Shown one piece after another: positions 34,883 through 46,794 of a stretch of 64,000 nucleotides of DNA. The notes beneath the pieces were generated by a model. The model was not told the origin of the DNA. It made no database searches and saw only the letters and a program-made list of their open reading frames with translations. Position numbers and translations under genes: made by a program. The DNA lies in contig CAUYUJ010000192.1 in NCBI GenBank assembly GCA_963575745.1, forward strand, positions 496,001 through 560,000. Reading direction: 5' to 3'. The DNA comes from Prorocentrum cordatum (lineage: Eukaryota). Numbering within the stretch: the stretch's first letter is position 1; each line of letters begins with the position of its first letter.

Positions 34883-37800
34883 TAATGCTATATCCCCCTA
34901 CCCCCCCACCCCCGAGGCCAAGCCGCTCCTGTCGACCCAACGATGGGGGACCCTTCTGGACTTCAGGAACCTGCAGACGTTTATGGAAAATCGGTCAGTT
35001 TTGCCTCCTGGGTTTCTTGGGAGCTCAAAAAGGGCCTCGAGATGTCTCAAGATGGCCTCGAAAGCCGCCAAGACTGCCACAAAACGCCCAAGACGGCCCC
35101 AAGAGGGTCCATGAGGCTCCCAAAAACAGCCCAGAGCCCCGAGAGGACCCCCAAGAGCGCCTCCAGAAACCCAAATCATAGATGATCCATTTGATGTTAA
35201 CAAGATTTTAGAATCCTCGCCTTGTCTGCTCTCAGGGGGCCATGACGGCCCAAGAAGCCTCCAAGACGGGCCGAAGACGGCCCAAGAGACCCTAAAGGAG
35301 GCCCAAAGACGGCCCAAGAAAGCCCAGATCGCAGCGAAACCCCCAGCACGAGCCCAAAGAACCCGGAGTCCGATGAAGCCCCCACAATCGCTCCACGACG
35401 GCACAAGTGGCTCCCGGGATGGCCTCCTGTAGCCTCAAGGGCCCCCGAGAAGCCCCCGAAGCGCCCCCCAGGGACTCAAAAAGCGCCCCAAGACAGCCAG
35501 AGACGCTCCCAACAGGCCACTAAAGAGTCCCCAAGAGGCCCCCCATATGTATACAAGAAACATCCGAGTACAAAACTCCAACAACGTCCCAAATGTCCGT
35601 ACTCTCCGCGATCCGGACGTGCACCCCGCGAAGCGAGAGGAATAAGCTATTAAACCAAAGCGGAACGAAGCCTAGCATAGCATAGCATAAGGCTGTTATC
35701 CGGGAGAAACCGACATCCTCTACAATAGTCCAGGCGAGGGGCACTGCCCAGATGAATCGCAGGGCGCCCATAGAGCGTCACACCCCGAGTACATGTCCTG
35801 TTGTAGACAACAGGGGTCATCCTGGGCACATTCGAATTATCGAGATTATCAATTGTCATGCCCTCGCTTATGGGCTCAATCTCAGATGTAGCGCGCGTGG
35901 CGTGGCCGCTGAACTTGACAAGCGCCAACAGACCTCAGGCAAACCAAGGTGAGGTCGTATTCCACAGTAGCACGTATTTAGCACATACTCGCGTTGAGAG
36001 GCCAACTGCCACGAAGAACAAAAACAGCTGCTCGAGCAGCCGAAATTATAAAGAGAAAGTGTGCAGCGAACCCTTGTCGTCTCTACAGTGCTCCTCCTGA
36101 GACATCGCCTCCTCGAAATCGTCACCGTCGCCCTCACCGTCGCCCGCGTTCATCTTGTTCCTTTGACGGGCATCGTAGACAAACAATCACTTCGTGGGAA
36201 ATTACTCAAGCCAATCAGCCGGAAGAGACCAATTCACTGCAACTAGATACTTCCATTCCCTACCCTTTGTCCCCGTCCCACAAGACAGATACTGCCTGAC
36301 TAATGTTTGCTCGTTTTCCTTATAAGCAGAGGCGCCAGGTCGGAGGCCTTCCAAGCGAGCTCAAGCAATTGGAGTCGGAACATCGCGCCGCATCGGCGAC
36401 GCCGGCGATGCATCGGCGCTGTCGGCGTGGAAAAGGATCGGGCTCCACATCGAGCCGCATCGCCGAATCACAAGCTATGCGGCGCGATCCTGGCACTCCA
36501 TTTGCTCAGACCCCACCTACGACACCTGGGCAACTGCCCGGACAGCCGATATCTTGGCTTTCCTCCGTGCGGTCGTCCGACGTCCTGACCCTTTTCCCCA
36601 GGGCCCGATTTTTATGCTGAGCCGTTTTGTTGACGACCTTTGCGCCCGGCATGGGCCACCCATCTGGGCCGAAAACTGCGAAACTAATGGGTCTTGTGTT
36701 CGCAGAAGGGTTGTCAGCTACACAACAGAGTGGCTCTACACCTTCGAACAAACTGTTTCCTAGCGCCGCCACACGCGCACATGCCGATTCACAGCGTGTC
36801 GGACTGTCCGCAACCATACCGCCCACCTTTTTGCAACGCAGTCGCGACAAGCGGAACACCGCAAGTATACTTACTACACCGTGCAATTTCATCGGTTCGT
36901 ATACGCCCACCACGAGTATGTGAAATATCCGTTCTGCGTCGAAGAGCGACACATCCCGCGGTGTACCGCATGGCGCCCATAACGGACAAACTCAACCATG
37001 CACGCGTCGCCCACGCAAAACCGAGCAAGTTGCGAGGCCGTCTCAAGAGAAACTTGGCCCAAACCGAACGAAACCAACAAACATTCGGAGATCTTAAGCG
37101 AAGCCGAGCCCAAACCAAGGCCAAACCGAGCAAACGTCAAAGACGTCTCATGCGAAACCGGGGCAAGACCATACCAGGGGCCGAACGAGGCATATTTTGA
37201 GGACGCCGCAGGTGGGGCGCGCGGCCAAACCTTGCCAAGCAGAGACCCCCCAAGGAGCCACGACGATTTCAAAATGGAAAAATGTCCAACATGTTGCTTT
37301 CCTCGCGCTAGACCGCGGGAAATCATCATGGAACGCCCGCGCGCCATCGAATCGCCGCGCGACGCCCGCCCCCACCATTGAATCGCGCCGGGCGAGCCGC
37401 GGAGGCGCGACCAACGCGGCCCCCGAACCAGGCCGCCTCGTGAGCGCCATGGAACTCATCGCCGCGATGATGCTTCATTCCGCAATCGTCGGGCATAGCG
37501 TCCGCGCGAACTTGGGCGCGAGCCGCAGTCGAAGCGCAGGCGGAATCGGCGCGCGCGCGCGCAAAAGTCGAAAAACCAGGCGCTGCCCCGGCCGCGCGGC
37601 CGATAGTTTGCGCGGGAGAAACACCTCCCAAGCTGATTTATGATGGAACGCGCCTGCGCGGGGCCGACGGACCCCAAAAAAGGGCCACTTAGGAAACCCC
37701 GCGCGAAGAAGAAACGCTCGAGCGCGAGCGCCACGTGGGGAATTGGCGGGACGCCGGAGGCGGTTGGGTCTCATGCCCGCGCAGGTTGAGCAAACTCCGG

Positions 37801-39059
37801 TTCTGGGGAGTAGCGCTCGTGGGGCCCACCGCGGGCGCGGGGGCCGCTGGCGCAGACTCTGCCGCAGCCGCGGCGAGGCCCCGGCGCTCTCCCCTGGGGG
37901 CCGCGGCGCGCGGCTGCGCTGGTTCGCGGAGAAGAAGGGCCTGACGGCAAACGTCGGCTTCGAAACCTCAACGGCCGGCCGCAGGCGCGGCGGCACAATC
38001 GCGAGCCCGCCGCGCGAGGCAGCGCAGCCCGCCGCGAGGGCATCCTCTCCAACCGAGCGGGGGTCCCTAGGGCGAAATCGTGTTGCCGAAATTGTGGGCG
38101 AAATCGCGGGCGCAGAATCGCAGGCCTACCCGGTGCGCCAGCGTGCCAAGCAGGCGCGCCCGCGCAACATCAGCGACGTTTAAAGAAAAGAGGAGGAAGC
38201 GGCAGCAGCGGCAGGACAGCAGCAGCGGGAAAAGGAAAAAATGTGAAGCAGCAGCAGCAGGAGAGGAGGAAATGAGGAGTCGTCGAAATTGGCCCGCCCA
38301 TTCGTCGCGCGCCCCACAGCGCGCTGGACATGCTCCTCGGGGGAGACTCGCCGGCCCCACGGGCCAGAGGCGCGCGAAGATCTCCGGCGACTGCCTCGCA
38401 GCAGTTCTACTCCGCGCGCGCGGGGCGGCCCAGAGGGGCACCCGGATGCAAAGTGCCCCGGCCAGGTCGGGCCAGAGATGGTTCTTCTCCTGGGCGCGGC
38501 TTTCAGGCGCCCCCAAGCGATGCAAGAGGGCCCCAAGAGGCGCCCGAGACGGTCCAAGAGGGCTCCGAGTCGTCGAACGTTCGGCCCGCGACACTCACGA
38601 TGGCTTATTCCACACGGGTTACGACGCTTGCAAGACCCCCGAAGAGGCCGCCGCGAGCTGAAACGATACCCGAAAACGCGATTCTGAACTTTGAAGAAAA
38701 TACCAGCAAAGAGACAAGGCGGAAACAGACCAGGGGGCGACACCGCTCGAATGACGCATCGAAGCGAGATTGCGCACAAGCCGCACGCCGAATGCCCAAT
38801 GTCGGGGCGGGTCGGCGACGCAAGAAATTCTGAACAAAGAAAAACCGAAAAGCTTGGAAATCTAACATTTTTTGCTTCGGAAAACAAAAAAAAAAACAGA
38901 ATCGTTGCACCAATCCACTTGGGGGGCGCAGCTTCATGACAACCCAAGTCAAACAAGGCAAAATTCTGGTACGTCTCAAGCAGAATCACACAAAGCAAGC
39001 TACATCATGGCGAAGGACCCAACCATATGCAATTGTGGGTACCGCAATTGTGAATATCT

Positions 39060-40120
39060 TCTTCGGTGAAGCTCCCTATGGGGCCACGGAGCGCAGCACC
39101 GGGTGGGGGGGAACGCATGCGGGCGGTAGCAGTGGGTCCGCCGGTTGGTTTCCCTATGGGGCCACGAAACGATGTACTGGGTGGGGGGGGCGCATGCGGG
39201 CGGTAGCACCGTGGCCTTCGGTGGAGCTCCCTATGGAGCCACGAAACGCAGTACTGGGGGGACGCATGAGGGCGGTAGCTCTGGGGCCGTCGGTGGAGCT
39301 CCCGACGGGGCCACAAAACGCTGTACAGGGTGGGGGGGGGCGCGTGCGGGCGGTAGCAGTGGGATCTTCGGTGGAGCTTCCTATGAGGCCGCGAAACGCC
39401 GCACTGGGTGGGGGGGACTCACGCGGGCGGTAACACCGGGGCCTTCGGTGGAACTTCCGATGGGGCCACGAAGCGCTGTACTGGGTGGGGGGGACGCATG
39501 CGGGCGGTAGCTTGAGCCGTCGGTGGGGCTCCCAATGGTGCCACGAAACGCTGCACCGGGGGGGGGGGGCGCATGCGGGCGGTAGCGGTAGGACCTTCGG
39601 TAGGGCTCCCTAGGCCACGAAACGCTGGGTGAGGGGGACGCGTGCGTGTGGTAGCACTGGGGCCGTCGGTGGAGCTCCCTAAGGGGCCACGAAGCGCTGT
39701 ACTGGGTGGGGGGGACGCAGGCGGGCGGTAGCACTGGGGCCGTCGGTGGAGCTCCCTATGGGGCCACGAAACGCAGTACTGGGTGGGGGGGATGCGGGCT
39801 GTAGACTTGGAGCCTTCGGTGGAGCTCCCTATGGGGCCACGAAGCGCTGTACTGGGTGGAGGGAACGCGTCCGGTAGCACTTGGGCCTTCGGTGAAACTC
39901 CCTGTGGGGCCACAAAACGTGTGAACGGTGTGCCGAAATGGGTGGGGGGGGCGCACGCGGGCGGTTCCAGTGGGGGCTTCGGTGGAGCTCCCTATGGGAC
40001 CACAAAACGCTTCACTGGGTGAGCGAAAATGCCAAATTGGGTGTGTGGGACACTGGGGGCTTCAGTGGAGCTCCCTATAGGGCCACGAAGCGCTGTACTG
40101 GCTGGATGAAAATGCCAAAT
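39060..40120. repeat. Tandem satellite, ~77-bp unit (GGTGGAGCTCCCTATGGGGCCACGAAACGCTGTACTGGGTGGGGGGGACGCATGCGGGCGGTAGCACTGGGGCCTTC)
   Basis: About 13 diverged units. Confidence 0.92.
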
Positions 40121-40124
40121 TCTG

Positions 40125-42824
40125 CGCGCGTGTGTGTGCGTGTGTGTGTGTGTGTGTGTATAAGCGTGTGTGTGTGTGTGTGTGTTTCTGTGTCTGTGTG
40201 TGTGTCTGTGTGTGTGTGTCTGTGTGTCTGTGTGTGTCAGTGTGTGTGTGTGTCTCTGCGTGTGCGTCTGTGTGTGTGTCTGTGTGTGTCTGTGTGTGTG
40301 TCTGTGTGTGTCTGCGTGGGTGTGTCTGTGTGTGTGCGTCTGTGTGTGTCTGCGTGTGTCTGTGTGCGTGTCTGTGTGTCTGCGTGTGTGTCTGTGTGCG
40401 TGTCTGTGTTTGTCTGTGTGTGTGTCCGTGTATGTATGTGTGTGTCTGTGTGTGCGTGCCTGTGTGTGTCTGTGTGTTTGTGTGTGTGTGTCTGTGTGTG
40501 TGTCTGTTTGTGTGCGTGTCTGTGTGTGTATGTGTGTGCGTCTGTGTCTGTGTGTGGCTGTGTGCGTGTGTGTGTGTGCGTGTGTGTGTGTGTCTGTGTG
40601 AGTGTGTGTGCCTGTGTCTGTGCGTGTGTGTCTGTGTGTGTGTCCGTATGTGTGTGAGCCTGTGTGTCTGTGTGCGTGTCTATGTCTGTGTCTGTGTGTG
40701 CGTCTGTATGTGAGTCTGTGTGTCTGTGTGTCTGTGTGTGGCATTGTGTGTGTGTCTGTGTGTGTGTCTATGTGTCTGTGTGTGTGTCTGTGTGTGTCTG
40801 TGTGTGTGCCTGTGTGTGAGCCTGTGTGTGCGTCTGTATGTGTGCCTGTGTGTGTGTCTGTGTGTGTGGCTGTGTGTGTGTCTCTGTGTGTGTCTGTTTG
40901 TGTGTGTCCGCGGCTGTGTTTGTGTCTGTGTGTGTGTCTGTGTGTGTGTCTGTCTGCGTGTGTGCCTGTGTGTGTGTCTGTGTGTGTGTCTGTATGTGTG
41001 TCTGTGTGTGTCTGTCTGTGTGTGTGTCTGTGTATGTCTGTGTGTGTTTGTCTGCGGGTGTGTGTGTGTGTCTGTGTGCCTGTATGTGTCTCTGTGTGTG
41101 TCTGTGTGTCTCTGTGTGTCTGTGTGTGTTTGTGTCTGTGCATTTCTGTGTGTGTGTGTCTCTGTGTCTGTGTGTCTTTGTGTGTGTGTCTGTGTCTGTG
41201 TGTGTCTGTGCCTGTGTGTGTCTGTGTCTCTGTGTGTGTCTGTGTCTGTGCGTCTCTCTGTCTGTGTGCGTCTGTGTCTGCGTGTGTCTGTGTGTGTCTG
41301 TGTCTGTGTGTGTCTGCGCCTGTGTGTGTCTGCGTGTGTGTCTGTGTGTGTGTCTGTGTGTGTGTCTGTGTCTGTGTCTGTGTGTGTGTCTTTGTCTGTG
41401 TGTCTGTGTCTGTGTGGTTGTGCCTGTGTGTGTCTGTGTCTGTGTGTGTCTGTGTCTGTGTGTGTCGGTGTCTGTGTCTGTGTGTGTCTGTGTGTGTGTC
41501 TGTGTGTGTCTGTGTCTGTGTGTGTGTGCCTGTGTGTGTATGTGTCTGTGTGTGTCTGCCTGTGTGTGCCTGTGTGTGTCTGTGTAGTCTCTGTGTGTCT
41601 GTGTGTGTCTGTGTGTGTCTGTGTGTATATGTGTCTGCGTGTGTGTCTGTGTGTCTCAGTGTGTGTCTCTGTGTGTGTCTCTGTGTGTGTCTCTGTGTGT
41701 GTGTCTCTGTGTGTGTGTCTCTGTGTGTCTCTGTGTGTGTGTCTTTGTGTGTGTCTGCCTGTGTGTGTCTGTGTGTGTCTGTGTAGTCTCTGTGTGTCTG
41801 TGTGTGTCTGTGTGTGTGTGTCTGTGTGTGTCTCTGTGTCTGTGTGTGTGTCTGTGTGTCTCAGTGTGTGTCTCTCTGTGTCTCTGTGTGTGTCTCTGTG
41901 TGTGTGTCTCTGTGTGTGTCTCTGTGTGTGTCTCTTTGTGTGTGTCTCTGTGTGTGTCTCTGTGTGTTCCTGTGTGTGTTTCTGAATGTGTCTCTGTGTG
42001 TCTCTCTGTGTGTGCTTCTGTGTGTGTGTCTCTGTGTGTGTGTGTCTCTGTGTGTCTCTGTGCGTCTCTCTGTGTGTCTCTGTGTGTGTCTCTGTGTGTG
42101 TCTTCGTGTGTGTGTCTGTGTGTGTTTCTGTGTGTGTCTCTAAGTGTGTGTCTCTGTGTGTCTCTCTGTGTGTTTCTGTGTGTTGTCTCTGTGTGTTGTC
42201 TCTGTGTGTTGCCTCTGTGTATTGTCTCTGTGTGTTGCCTCTGTGTGTTGTCTCTGTGTTGTCTCTGTGTGTTGTCTCTGTGTGTTGTCTCTGTGTGCTG
42301 TCTCTGTGTGTTGTCTCTTTGTGTGGTGTGTGTGTGTTGTGTGTGTTGTGTGTGCGTGTGTGTGCGTGTGTGTGCGTGTGTGCGTGTGTGTGTGCGTGTG
42401 TGTGCGTGCGTGTGTGCGTGCGTGTGTGTGTGTTTGCGTGTGTGTGCGTGTGTGTGCGTGTGTGTGTGTGAGTGTGTGTGTGTGAGTGTGTGCGTGTGCG
42501 TGTGCGTGTGTGCGCGTGTGTGTGCGTGTGTGTGCGTGTGTGTGCGCGTGTGCGTGTGTGTGCGCGTGTGTGCGCCGGTGTGCGCGTGTGCGCGTGTGCG
42601 CGTGTGCGCGTGTGCGCGTGTGCACGTGTGCGCGTGTGCGCGTGCGCGCGCGTGTGCGCGTGCGCGCGCCGGGCGGCGGGCGGGCGGGCGGGCGGGCGGG
42701 CGGGCGGGCGGGCAGGCGGTCGGGCGTGCGTGCATGCGTGCGTGCGCGCGTGCGCGCGCGCGCGGGCGTGCGTGCGTGCGGGCGGGCGGGCGGGCGGGCG
42801 TGCGGGCGGGCGTGCGTGCGTGCA

Positions 42825-42892
<68 letters not shown>

Positions 42893-42900
42893 TGTGTGTG
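40125..42900. repeat. ~2.8-kb (GT)/(GTCT)/(GTGC) microsatellite expansion
   Basis: Read directly. Confidence 0.97.
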
Positions 42901-42904
42901 GTGG

Positions 42905-43705
42905 TGGGGGGGGAACGCATGCGGACGGTCCCACTGCGGGCTTCGGTGGAGCTCCCCATTGGGTTCAAAGCTGTACTGAGTAAGTAAAAATGCCACATTA
43001 AGTGTGTGAGGCGCATGCGAGCGGTCCCACTGGGAGTTTCGGTGGAGTTCCCTGTGGGGCCACGAAGCGATGCACTGGTTGGGTGAAAATGCCAAATTGG
43101 GTTTCCAGGAAGCACGCGGACGGTCCCACTGAGGGCTTCGGTGCTGTGGTGCCACGAAACGATGTACTGGGTGGGTGAAAGTGCCAAATTGGGTTTCCGA
43201 GACGCATGCGGACGGTCCCTCTGCGGGCTTCGGTGGAGCTCCCTGTGGGGCCACGAAGCGCTGTACTGGGGACACGAAACGCTATACTGGGTGAGTGGAA
43301 ATGCCAAATTGGGCTTCCAGAGCTCCCTATGGGGCCACGAAGCGCTGTACTGGGTGAGTGAAAATGCCAAATTAGGCTTCTAGAACGCATGCGGACGGTC
43401 CCACTGCGGGCTTCGGTGGAGCTCCCTATGGGGCTACGCACGGCGTGCTGGGTGAATGAAAATGCCAAGTTGGGATTCCGAGACGCATGCGGACGGTCCC
43501 TCTGCGGGCTTCGGTGGAGCTCCCTATGGAGCCACGAAACATTGTACCGGGTAGGTGAAAATGCCAAATTGGGCCCCCGAGACGCATGCGGACGATTCCA
43601 CTGCGAGCTTCGGTGGAGCTCCCTGTGGGGCCACCAAACGCTTTACTGGGTAGGTAAAAATGCCAAATTGGGTTTCCGGGACGCATGCGGACGGTCCCAC
43701 TGGGG
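42905..43705. repeat. Continuation of the 39-kb satellite with longer (~92-bp) units containing GAAAATGCCAAATTGGG
   Basis: Same GGAGCTCCCTATGGGGCCACGAA core. Confidence 0.9.
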
Positions 43706-44096
43706 GCCTCGGCGAAGGCCCAGGAGAGATAGAAGAAGGGAAAACCTCATACACATAGAATTTTGGCGCTCCGCGCAGACTTCTTGATCCGCGCCTGGGC
43801 CCCCTCGGCGGTGCCTCCGGCGCCGCCCCTGGCGCGCTTCGCACGCCAAGGAGTTGAGCAGGGACTGACCTTCCCGGCATTCCTGTAGGCCTACCGCGAG
43901 ATGTTCTTAGAACCCCAAAAATGTTCGAATAACAAAAACAATGTTCTTCGAACATAAGCGCGGAGCGCCAAAAGTTTATGTTTGTTGTTGTTTTTCTTCT
44001 AAGTATGCGGCGACGCCGTTCCTGGCCCTGGGCCCACCACGGTCCCAGGGACCGGAACGGCCGGGATCGGTGCACCAGTTGCAGCATATAGCATTA

Positions 44097-44244
44097 GGTC
44101 GGGCGTCCCCCTGCAGGCGGATTTTGGCCGAAAGATTCAAAATAGCTTCTGCACCGAAAATTCAAAAATACTTAACAAAAACGTCCCGCTAACGATTGCT
44201 TTACTATTTTTCAATATCCCCCCTGTAGAGGGACAGGCCCGACT
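44097..44244. mobile_element. MITE family B copy, TA TSD
   Basis: TA|GGTCGGGCGTCCCCCTGCAGG ... CCTGTAGAGGGACAGGCCCGACT|TA. Confidence 0.85.
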
Positions 44245-45117
44245 TAACTATAGCAGCAGGCACCAGCGCCGCCACACACATCGGGCAGGGTAGGGCGCGC
44301 CATGTGCTCTTGCGCAGGGGCACGCAGCATGCAGGCCAGTGCTGGATCGAATCAACCAGCCTCGAGCTCATCCCGACGCCCAAGGCTGCCAAGCCCTAGG
44401 GCGATGGCAACCTTAGGGATGCGCCCTCAGAATCCGAGGGAGTCCCCAGGTCGAGACCCGAACGCCGCACATGGCTCTGGCTGGCCCTGGCCAATGCCGG
44501 CGACTCGAGCCAGGTCGGATCGCATTCGAAACGCGGTCCCAGCACGCGCCGCCGAATCGAGACACATCGAAGCGGATCGTGGGCGGCCCTGCTGGGTGTG
44601 GCGGCGCGCAGAGGATGGTACGGGGGGAGGGGGAAGGCTCCTCAGAGATAGGCTGCTTCTCAGAAGGCGCCGTCCCAAAGGCGGGCCACCTTGGGCCAGG
44701 GGCACTTCTAGGAGTCGAGGCCAGGACGAATATTAAGTCGGGCGAGGTTAAATCGAGAATCTCTGAAATCTGGACGATCTGGAGGATGCCTCGGGCGCCG
44801 CGGCCCTCTCAGAGCGTTCCGGAACGCTCTGAGAGCGTTCGGGAACGCTCTGGAACGGAAATCTCCTCGTCCTAGCCCCGTCCGACTTGGGCCAGGGGCA
44901 CTTTCTAGCAACACCCGAGCTGGATCCTGTTCACCTTCCACCTCTAGAGGAAGAAAAAACGGCATAAACACAAACTTTCGACGGTCTGCGCGGATTTCTT
45001 GGATCTGCACTGGACCCCCCTCCCTGGCGCGCGGAACGCGCCAGGGGCGGCGCCGAAGCGCCGCCGGGGGGGGCCCAGCGCGGATGCAAGAATTCTGCGC
45101 GGAGCGCCAAAAGTTTA

Positions 45118-45647
45118 CAGTCAACCCGTATCATCAGGATGCGCGGTAAGGACGCAAGGGCCTCGGAGGCCCACGTGAACGCTCTTCTCACGAGGCTGGC
45201 CAGCGAAAGTCGCCAAGGAAGGGCCGAGGACACGGGGCTGACCAGTAGACACCACCGCCACTCCCCTCGCCCCCTCCCTCTCCCACGGAGGAGAGGGGAG
45301 GCAACTGGAGGGAAGCATGGAGATGGGGGCGGTGCGGGTCCCTGGGGCCGGCAGACGAGGCAGGGCGCCAGGGCACCCTCGGGTTGTGTTGTTGCTCCCA
45401 TCCTGCTTGAGGACCGCATCCCAGAAATAAGTTCGAGCACCCGGACAAGTGTCAAAAGAGTGCCGACACAGTGTCGAAGCAGTGTCGGGCGAGTGCCTCC
45501 CGGGGCCCGACGCGAGAAAACCCTTGAGGTTCGGTACTTTTTCTTGGCGCTCGGAGTTCTTTCTGGTGATTAAAGGCTCAAGCAGGCTGGAGCATCTCAT
45601 AACCCTCGGGAGGAAGGTTGCCCATCCTCAACTCTGCGGGTTGAGTG
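45118..45647. mobile_element. Non-autonomous Tc1/mariner-type element (~530 bp)
   Basis: TA|CAGTCAACCCGTATCATCAGGATG ... CATCCTCAACTCTGCGGGTTGAGTG; CAGT terminus and TA target. Confidence 0.65.
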
Positions 45648-46648
45648 CGTGTCTGTGCCGTTTCTTCCTCTTCGGAAGCCTCGGCGTCGTCGGCGGCACC
45701 GGCAGCCTCGGCGAGGTCGCGGCCCCGGGGGGCCCGCGGGCGCGCCCCGCCGGGCGCTGCCGCCGCGCCTCGTCGATGCACGGCCGGCTCAGGGAGCGCA
45801 TGGCCTCGACCTCGACGGGGGGCGAGGGCCCCCCCGGCCGTCGCTCGGACGTCGCCGTGGTCGTCGTCGTCGCCGTCGTCGTCGTCGCCGCCGTCGCCGT
45901 CGCGCCGCCGTCGCCACGGCCGTCGTCGTCGTCGTCGTGGACGTCGTCGTGGTCGTCGCCGTCGTGGTCGTCATAGTCGCTCGCAGCTGCCTCTTTCGGC
46001 TCCGTGCACGTGTCTTGGGCTCGAAGATCCAGGATGATCCTGGATGGTCCACGCCGAGACGAGAACAAGCAAAAACAAAACAAATAAAAAGGCACACGTC
46101 CGAGCGATGCCGGGCCCCGGGCAGAGGATCGGGCGCGTGGACGAGCGGGGAGGACGCAGGCACGCGCGCGGTGAGATCGGAAGACTCGCGCGGTGAGACG
46201 GGCAAGCGGGCCAGGTCGTTGCGATAGGGCTACGAGATCTATGCACACAGTCATCGGCCTGACCTAAAGAACGATAAATAAGGAACGAAACCCCTTAGGA
46301 CCTCCCTGGACTGCACAAAGCTCCAAGGGATTCCCAACGGTCCCCAAGAGGGTCCCGAGAGGGCTCCAAGAGGGTTCGTTCCAAGAAGGCCCTAAAACGT
46401 CTTATACAAAGAATCTCTGGTATAGTACTGTGGGGGTCTGTTTGAAGGGCCCTCTTGTGACCTCGTGGGGCACCTCGTCGTCGCAGCTGGGGCTGGGAAC
46501 GAAATCGCTGCTGCGTCAAGTCCGGCTGCGGCGGGAAAGGGAGGTGATGTGCGGGAGGCAATATCAGCAGCCATCTCAGTTCTTGTGCCCCAAAGCGTGT
46601 TAAGGCGCTGGGGCATAAGAAGTCTTCGCCTCGAGCGACTTAGAAGTA

Positions 46649-46794
46649 AGTCGGGCGTGTCCCCCTGCAGAGGGATCTTCGACCAAACATAAAGCACACT
46701 CGAAACGTGCTCCAACATTGACAAAACGTTCTGGAAAAATAGTGCCTCGTCTATCTTTTGATCATTTTTGGATATCCCCTTGTAGAGGAACAGG
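46649..46794. mobile_element. MITE family B copy, right end truncated
   Basis: TA|AGTCGGGCGTGTCCCCCTGCAGAGGGAT ... ATCCCCTTGTAGAGGAACAGG. Confidence 0.75.

Noticed and set aside
36554..36763. RT motif SRFVDDL
   Set aside because: Other RT motifs are not convincingly present in frame; a short match can occur by chance
39938..43370. Long ORFs (up to 896 aa) of CV/HT repeats, and similar poly-P/S/H/E ORFs elsewhere
   Set aside because: Microsatellite translations that lack stop codons by composition
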